A stretch of 64,000 bases of DNA from Paraspadella gotoi (Eukaryota; Animalia; Chaetognatha), in contig CM119269.1 in assembly GCA_051294375.1 (NCBI GenBank), positions 9,419,191 to 9,483,190 of the forward strand. Reading direction: 5' to 3'. How positions within the stretch are numbered: position 1 is the stretch's first letter; each line of letters begins with the position of its first letter. Below, piece after piece: positions 52,992 through 64,000 of this stretch. The position numbers and the translations under genes are program-made. The notes under the pieces are model-generated. The model did no database searches and was not told the origin of the DNA. It saw only the letters and a list, made by a program, of their open reading frames with translations.

Positions 52992-55921
52992 TCTCCACGC
53001 CCACACTCTTTCCCATCCTCTCTCCCTCCACGGCACCGTTTTCCCTCCGGCACCGCGTCTCATTTTCCGCCGTTGATTTCTCGGCACCGCCTTCGATCCC
53101 GGCGCCGCGTCGAAACTCCTCCACGGCGCCTCGGGGTCGGCACTATCTTTATCGCGCCGCGAGTCAGAGTCCGGGTCACGCGAAGCCAAATCCAATATCT
53201 GTAGACGTCGATCCAAGGGCAAAATTATTTACGTATCATCGCAGGAGTATGCAGCCACCAAAAGTATACCAATTAAAATTATTTATTTTTTATATTAATT
53301 AATTTAATCTCAAGAAAAAAGCAATAAAGCAAAGTTCTCATTTGCGTAAACTAAAAGGAAGAAAGGTTTACATACAATGGTGCTGAAAAATTACAGTGCG
53401 GGCTCGGCTATTAGATGCAGCACGTTTACAGAGCGGGTTCTACTATTAGAGGCAGTGTGTTTACCAAGTGGTCACGACTATCAGAGGCAGCACATTTACA
53501 GTGCGGGCTAAACTATTAGAGGCATCAAGTTTACAATGCGAGTTTGAAACCAGAGGAACCACATTCACAGTGCGGGCTCAACTTTCTGAGGCAGCACATT
53601 TACAGTGTGGGCTCGACTGTTAGAGGAAGCACATTTAATCAGTGAGGGCTTGACTATTAGAGGCAGCAAGTTTATAGTATTGGCGCGACTATTGGAGGCA
53701 GCACATTTACGATATGGGCTTGACTATTAGAGGCAGCACGTTTACAGTGAGGGCTTGACTATTAGAGGCAGCACATTTACAGTATTGGCTCGACTATTGG
53801 AAGCAGCACATTTACAATATTGTCTTCACTAATAGAGGCAGCGTGTTTACAGTGAGGGCTTGACTATTAGAGGCAGCACAATTACCGTATTGGCTCGACT
53901 ATTACAGGGTGGGCTCGACTTTTTGAGGCCACATTTTACAGTATGGGCTTGACTATTAGAGTTTACAGTTTACAGTGTTTCTATCACGGTTTGAACACTG
54001 ATGATCTTTGATTTATATTACTATTTTAATATTATTATAATTAATATTAAAATAATATAAAGTTAAATATAGTTATTTAATTGTGAGAGAAATTCATAAC
54101 TTCAGACCCGAATAACGTCGCGCTCATCGTCGTCTCGTCGCCGGCGCCTCTCTAGCGTTTGAAGGTTGAAGTAGCGAAGCCATTGGGAAGCGGGGGTGCT
54201 TGGATGAGGAGTTGAGACATTGCTTGGTTCAGGAGTGGTCAGGATGCTTGGTATAGGCGGGACGACGACGCCAGTAACAGCAGTGCTTGCTCGATCGGTG
54301 GCGCGTAAGCTTGATTGAGTTGGGACAGTGGCGTCCAGCTGTCGCTTAGCAACGGGTCTGTCTAAGAGACGGCGAGTGACGGGGAGACGGGAGTCAATTA
54401 TGTCACTCCTGTCACTCCTGTCACCCTCGACTTCGTTGTCACGCCGTATTGTTGTCGTCTCTTTGTCCGGCGGTAGAGATGGAGGAGACGATGTGGGATC
54501 TAGGGCTTTGTTGTCGTTGTCGTCATTGTCGTCGTTGTGATGATGGAACTTCATTTTAGTTCCGCGGATAAAAACGTTTTCTTCTTTCTTTTTCGCTTTT
54601 TTTCCTTCCGATTTGAAAGACGAAATATTTGTCGAGGTGTTTGTTTCGCTGTCGGCGGCTTCTTTGGCGGCGGCAGGGGCAGCAGCGGCGGCGGCGGCGG
54701 CGGCGGCGGCAGCGTTTTTAGAGTTGGCGTCACCGACGGCGTCGCTTTCGTCGTCGTCATCTCTACTGGCCATTTGTCCTTCTTCCGCTTCTTCTCCGCC
54801 ACCGCCGCCGCAGCCTCCGTCCTCCACTCTCCTTAAATACGCCTCCCGCCAACGCCGATGCGTCACCGAGTCTCGTCCGTCTCCGTCCGACGCCAACGTC
54901 ACCGCGCCGCCGATGGACGGCACGCCGCGGCGACGCTGCTCACGTTCAAGGCGGCGTTGGCGGCGTCGCGACGCCGTCGCTCTGTCGACATCGGTCGTCG
55001 GCGGTCTGATGCCGCGGACGACGAGCGACGCCGATCCACCTGGACGCGGCGCCGGATTCCGGCCTCGTTGGGGAGAGAGAGACGCGACGGGGGACGCGGG
55101 CGGAGGGGAAGGGGGCGTGGCGTCGGCGACTAGAGAGGGATGGGAAGGGTGGAAGAGAAAGAGAGTTAGGGGAAGGGGTAAGAGGTAAGTTTAACAGGGA
55201 GGGGTGTGGAGGGGGTGAGATGGGAAAAGAGGAAGTGGTGTAGACGGGCATTGCAATATGTTCACCCCGCGTAAGCATGAGACCTTCAGTCGTGTCTCGG
55301 TGGTTCATTGAGTAATACTATCAGCTCATGACAACTAGGTACCGGGATCGATCCCCAATGGTACCTTCCCTGTGGGAAGCGAGGGGACGGCCGTCAACCG
55401 CCTTGGGGGCCTGGAAAACCCCCAAGCCTGGTTCCAAGCCCATGACCCGTTCCGCGTTTTTTTGAGGGTTTAAAAAAGTTGCGGATAGCTCTCTTCAGCC
55501 CACTTAACGACTTGCCCACTGGGAGAAGAAGGCAAGAGGAAAAGGGATATAGAGAGAAAGGCGCGGGGAAGAGAAAGGAGAGAATGATTAGGGGAGGAAT
55601 GGTTAGGGAGGGAGAGCAACGGGGAGAGAAAAAAGACGCCAGGGAAGAAAAGAGAAGGAAAACGGAGGAAAAAAGGAAAAGAAAAGATAAAGAAAAAAGT
55701 CAGAGTATGTATGTATGTATGAATGTATGTATGTATGTATGTATGTATGTATGTATGTATGTATGTATGTATGTATGTATGTATGTATGTATGTATGTAT
55801 GTATGTAGAAGGAACTAAGAGGAAGAGATCGAAGGATGTGGAGTTAATCTTTATCCAAACTCACCCGGCATCACTTACCGTCGATTTCAATCCGGTGACG
55901 AATGTGAACGGCCATGCTCAT
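51373..55921 (-). CDS. Tentative low-complexity orphan protein with hydrophobic C-terminal tail, 6 exons
   Basis: Exons 55921-55879, 55129-54108 (1022 nt stop-free), 53198-52991, 52766-52508, 52168-52061, 51465-51373, all GT-AG; one phase conflict between exons 3 and 4 needs a 1-nt indel. Alternatively the big exon ends at the TGA at 54102. Confidence 0.4.
53385..53970. repeat. 35-bp degenerate minisatellite, about 16 copies
   Basis: Consensus TTACAGTGNGGGCTYGACTATTAGAGGCAGCACAT. Confidence 0.92.
55239..55520 (+). mobile_element. Family A element with internal tRNA-like segment
   Basis: Reverse complement of 6218-6479; A box TGGTTCATTGAG at 55301, CTCATGA at 55325, B-box-like GGATCGATCC at 55345. 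Confidence 0.75.
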
Positions 55922-55959
55922 CGCGGGGATTTGACGGGAGGACGGGGATGAGGAGGAAT

Positions 55960-55991
<32 letters not shown>

Positions 55992-56682
55992 AGACAATGA
56001 GAGCGAGAGAGACGACGAAAATAGCGTATGTATATTCTTTTTTTTTCTTTTTCTTTTTTTTTTTTGCTGCTATGTCAGAAGGTTTTTCTGGAAAAAAAAG
56101 TTTTGCCTAATATAAATTTTTTTTTCAGAGACATAAAACTGAATATCAACTCAGATTCTCATCCCCTCACCTACTCCCGCTCACCATCCTTGAATTACCC
56201 TCTCCCAACAGCAGCCCTACCCGACCGACCTCGCCCACAACTGTCGCTCCCTACCTCCCACCCCCCCACCCCCCCAAAAAAAAAAAAAACAATTTCGAAA
56301 CTCGTTTCTTCGCGCGGAGGACATAAACCTTGAACTTGAATTCCAACCTTGAAAAAGGATTTCTGAGAAATGTGAAGGATTTCTATGAAATGTGACGGGA
56401 ATGAATTGCGAGAGCCCGTCGCATTTAATGGGCGATTGATTCCGAAAGGAAAGGAGAGAAAAGAGGAAAGAGAAAAAATAAAAAGGAGAAAGATTCGATA
56501 TTAAAATAGGAGGAAAGAAAGAAAGGTGGCCAGGCGGAAAAAAAGTTTAATTTCCCATTTCTTTTATTTTTTCTTTTCACTACGAATTCGAGTTGAAACC
56601 TCGGGTTTAACTATACCAAATTAAATTTCGATTTAATTTTCTCACACAAACACGGGAAGAGAGAGAGAGAGAGAGAAGATAC

Positions 56683-56759
<77 letters not shown>

Positions 56760-56894
56760 GATAGATAGTAATTGTACATGGACCTAGGCTACGCTTCTGC
56801 AAGAAGGACCTATAAGGTAACAGTGGGTCCGTTCATTTTAAATTTCTTTAAAAGGTTTTACAGAGAGAGAGAGTAAGAGAGAGAGAGAGAGAGA

Positions 56895-56935
<41 letters not shown>

Positions 56936-57208
56936 CACTCTTGAAAATAAAAATTAGGTTAATAAAACGTGAAAAAAGATGGAGGAATAAAGAATAAAAA
57001 ATGAGGAACGGAATGCGAAATCACGCAAACTCGGAATTTCGTGTCGATATCAGAAACCATGAGACGACGGAATCCCATGCAATTGCGAGGAAGGCAATGG
57101 GGAACCTCATGCAATGAAGGCGATGAAGCCAAAGGATTCCATGAGGCGATGAAAACCCATGAAACTGAGGGGGATTTTTTGTTATGACGAAAATAGGAGA
57201 AAAAACAC

Positions 57209-57370
<162 letters not shown>

Positions 57371-57529
57371 CTTTATCTCTCTCTCGCTATAAAATCAGGC
57401 TCAAGAAATCCGGTCTACAGATTTTATTTTCCCTAAAAAAACCTAACTTTTTTTCTTTATCGTTTTATTTCGTCCCAAGAGAGAGAGACAGAGACAGAAT
57501 CGAAGATCGGAGAAGACGGAGAATCCAAG

Positions 57530-61806
<4,277 letters not shown>

Positions 61807-64000
61807 GTTCGTCTCTTTGTTATTTTTTCTTATTTAAGTTTTTTTTTAAAATTTTTTTAGATTTATTACTTATTTCCTATTGTGTTAAACACACTATATA
61901 CATTAATTCCTTGGTATTTGTATCTTTGTTTTCGTTACTTATTTGCTTTTCTTTTAATTTTTTTTTTTTTTTTTTTTAAATCTGGGGCTTTTTGTTTGTT
62001 TTTAGTTAGTTTTGTTGCTTTTTCTTTTATTGGTTTTGTTTTTTGTTATTATTTTATTTGTTGTTGTTTTTTATTCTTTTGTCTTTTGTTTGACTTTTTT
62101 TGTTTCGTTTGTCTTTTGTTCGATTTTCCCCCGGTTGCGGGGTGCGCCACTGAAATCGACACTTTTTCCTTATTTTATTAGAACGAATCGAGATTTTGCG
62201 AAGATCACGACGACGAAGACGACGACGAAAACGACGACGTCGGCGCGAAGTTAAACAAACAAAAGATCGAAATGAAAGAAGAAGAGAAAAACGAAAACGG
62301 AGACGACGATGATGACGACGACGACGACGACGAGCGATGCAACGACTATCATAAATACATGTGGAGGTTTAAAAAGACAACACTTTTTGTTATCTGAAAA
62401 AAATATTTGGATGCGAACTCGTCTGAATTTGTTTATGAGGATTGGCAAACGCAAATATGCAACGGCATTAGTATTCAACAATGATGGCATCATAAAGAAT
62501 GAAAGAAAACATAAGCTGAGACAGTAACTTTAAGAAAAGATTTAAGACGACGACGACGACGACGAAATATAGATACGTATGTTTGTCTAAATGAGATTAT
62601 ATTTTATTTGACTGCGAAAAATATGAGGTCAACCCTTTGAGATTCTCCGTTGATCCAAAGACCGAATAGGATTTTTTTAAAAAAAAAAATCTTGCGAAAA
62701 ACAAAATAAATATAAGTAGACGAAACGCATTCACGCATAAACGGGGTATATTTTTCGCAATCGAGTCAAAAAGATTTCGGGAAATCCTTCTTTACCGTTT
62801 TTTAACATTTCAGATTTTTTTTTAAATTTCTTGTTCCTTTTTTTCTCACTTTTTTATTCCAACAATTAATCCTAATTACTATTCAATAAAAAGATTTTTA
62901 TTACAAAAATATCGAGATTGGTTTTATTTTTATTAGGCATTGCATTCTAAAATTCAAATCATTTCAATGGTAAGAAAGAAGTTAGTAAGAATGAGGAGGA
63001 GTGTAGAGGATGAAGCAGAAGTAGGATAAAATCAGAGAGAGATGAGTGATGAGAGAGACAGTGAGAGAAGAGAGAGAAAGAAGAGAGACTCTCAAAAATT
63101 TTTCTTCAAAGCAAGTTCTTGATTAAGGTATAGTTGCCGTTAAAAAAACCAATTCGGTCAGCGAGAATATTGGAGGTCCTGTTATCAATTAGAATTAAAT
63201 TTATGTATAAAAGAACAGAAATTTATCGAAAAGGAAAGTAAAAACAACCTAATACGTTCTCAAGGTTTTCAAAAAGACTGTTCTCATTTCGTGCGGGCAC
63301 ATACCGTGAGACATATGCATGAATTTCAGTAACCAGCGTTTGAAAGGTCTTTTCATCCTCTTGAATTCGCCGTATGCAACAAAAAAAAAAATTTCAGGGA
63401 AAATTAAATAGAAACGAGAAAAGATGACTGAAATCTCGAATCCAACGCGGTAAACGTTAAAAACTATTTCCTTTTCGGTTTTACCCCGTTTTATGCGTGA
63501 TGCAGATTAGAAACAACTAATCACTTGAAAAAAACTTTCCTAATAGACTATAATAGTTGTTAAAATAGATAAATAATTTCATCGAAACTAACAGGTGACT
63601 ATCAACTTGGTACAAGATAATAAAATTGCAGGACCCTGCAAGCGTTAGATTATTACTACTCTTTAGCATTCAGTCTAGTTTATTAACTCCCAGAGTATCT
63701 ACCTGGCTTCCCTGTCAAATAAGTTAGGGTATTGCACAAAAATTTTAAAAATACTGATTTTCTTCATTCGAAGGTTTTAAACGTTATATTAAGCCTAACG
63801 AAGTGTACTTTAATCGTTAATTCCAAGTTTGACTTTTAAATATTTGATTTACGCCAACTGATTTACGTCAATTTGGAGTAACGTTTCTGCCTCCTTACTG
63901 CTGTCAAGGATATTCAACAAAAATATTTGAAAACGCATTTTTTTTAATTAAAAATACGTAGTAGTATTGGATTCAGATTTGATTTCTTTTTTTTTATGTG

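Noticed and set aside
55294-55365. Functional tRNA-Met gene
   Set aside because: Acceptor and anticodon stems do not pair; it is embedded in a dispersed repeat

Overview
Eukaryotic (animal-like), AT-rich, microsatellite-laden genomic DNA from a draft assembly with four N gaps; not prokaryotic and no CRISPR. By hand-splicing I find (1) a 17-exon classical calpain gene (+, 5283-20594; CysPc-C2L-PEF, about 708 aa, triad intact, one indel-damaged stretch in exon 8); (2) a 2-exon Lys/Glu-rich gene (+, 21556-22653); (3) a Cys-rich single-pass membrane protein with two PPxY motifs, present in three error-laden copies because ~21.8-31.5 kb is repeated directly (31.5-43.1 kb) and partly inverted (43.7-48.7 kb), probably haplotype or raw-read artefacts; (4) two divergent orphan gene models (-, 51373-55921; +, 57530-61806). 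Non-coding highlights are a Penelope-type minimal hammerhead ribozyme (250-290), three related families of ~230-280 bp TGTRG...CCAYA elements with internal tRNA-like Pol III promoter boxes, tandem duplications of 5' splice-site junctions, Helentron/DINE-like elements, a Tc1 derivative, a foldback MITE and several minisatellites. All calls were made by eye with no database searches.
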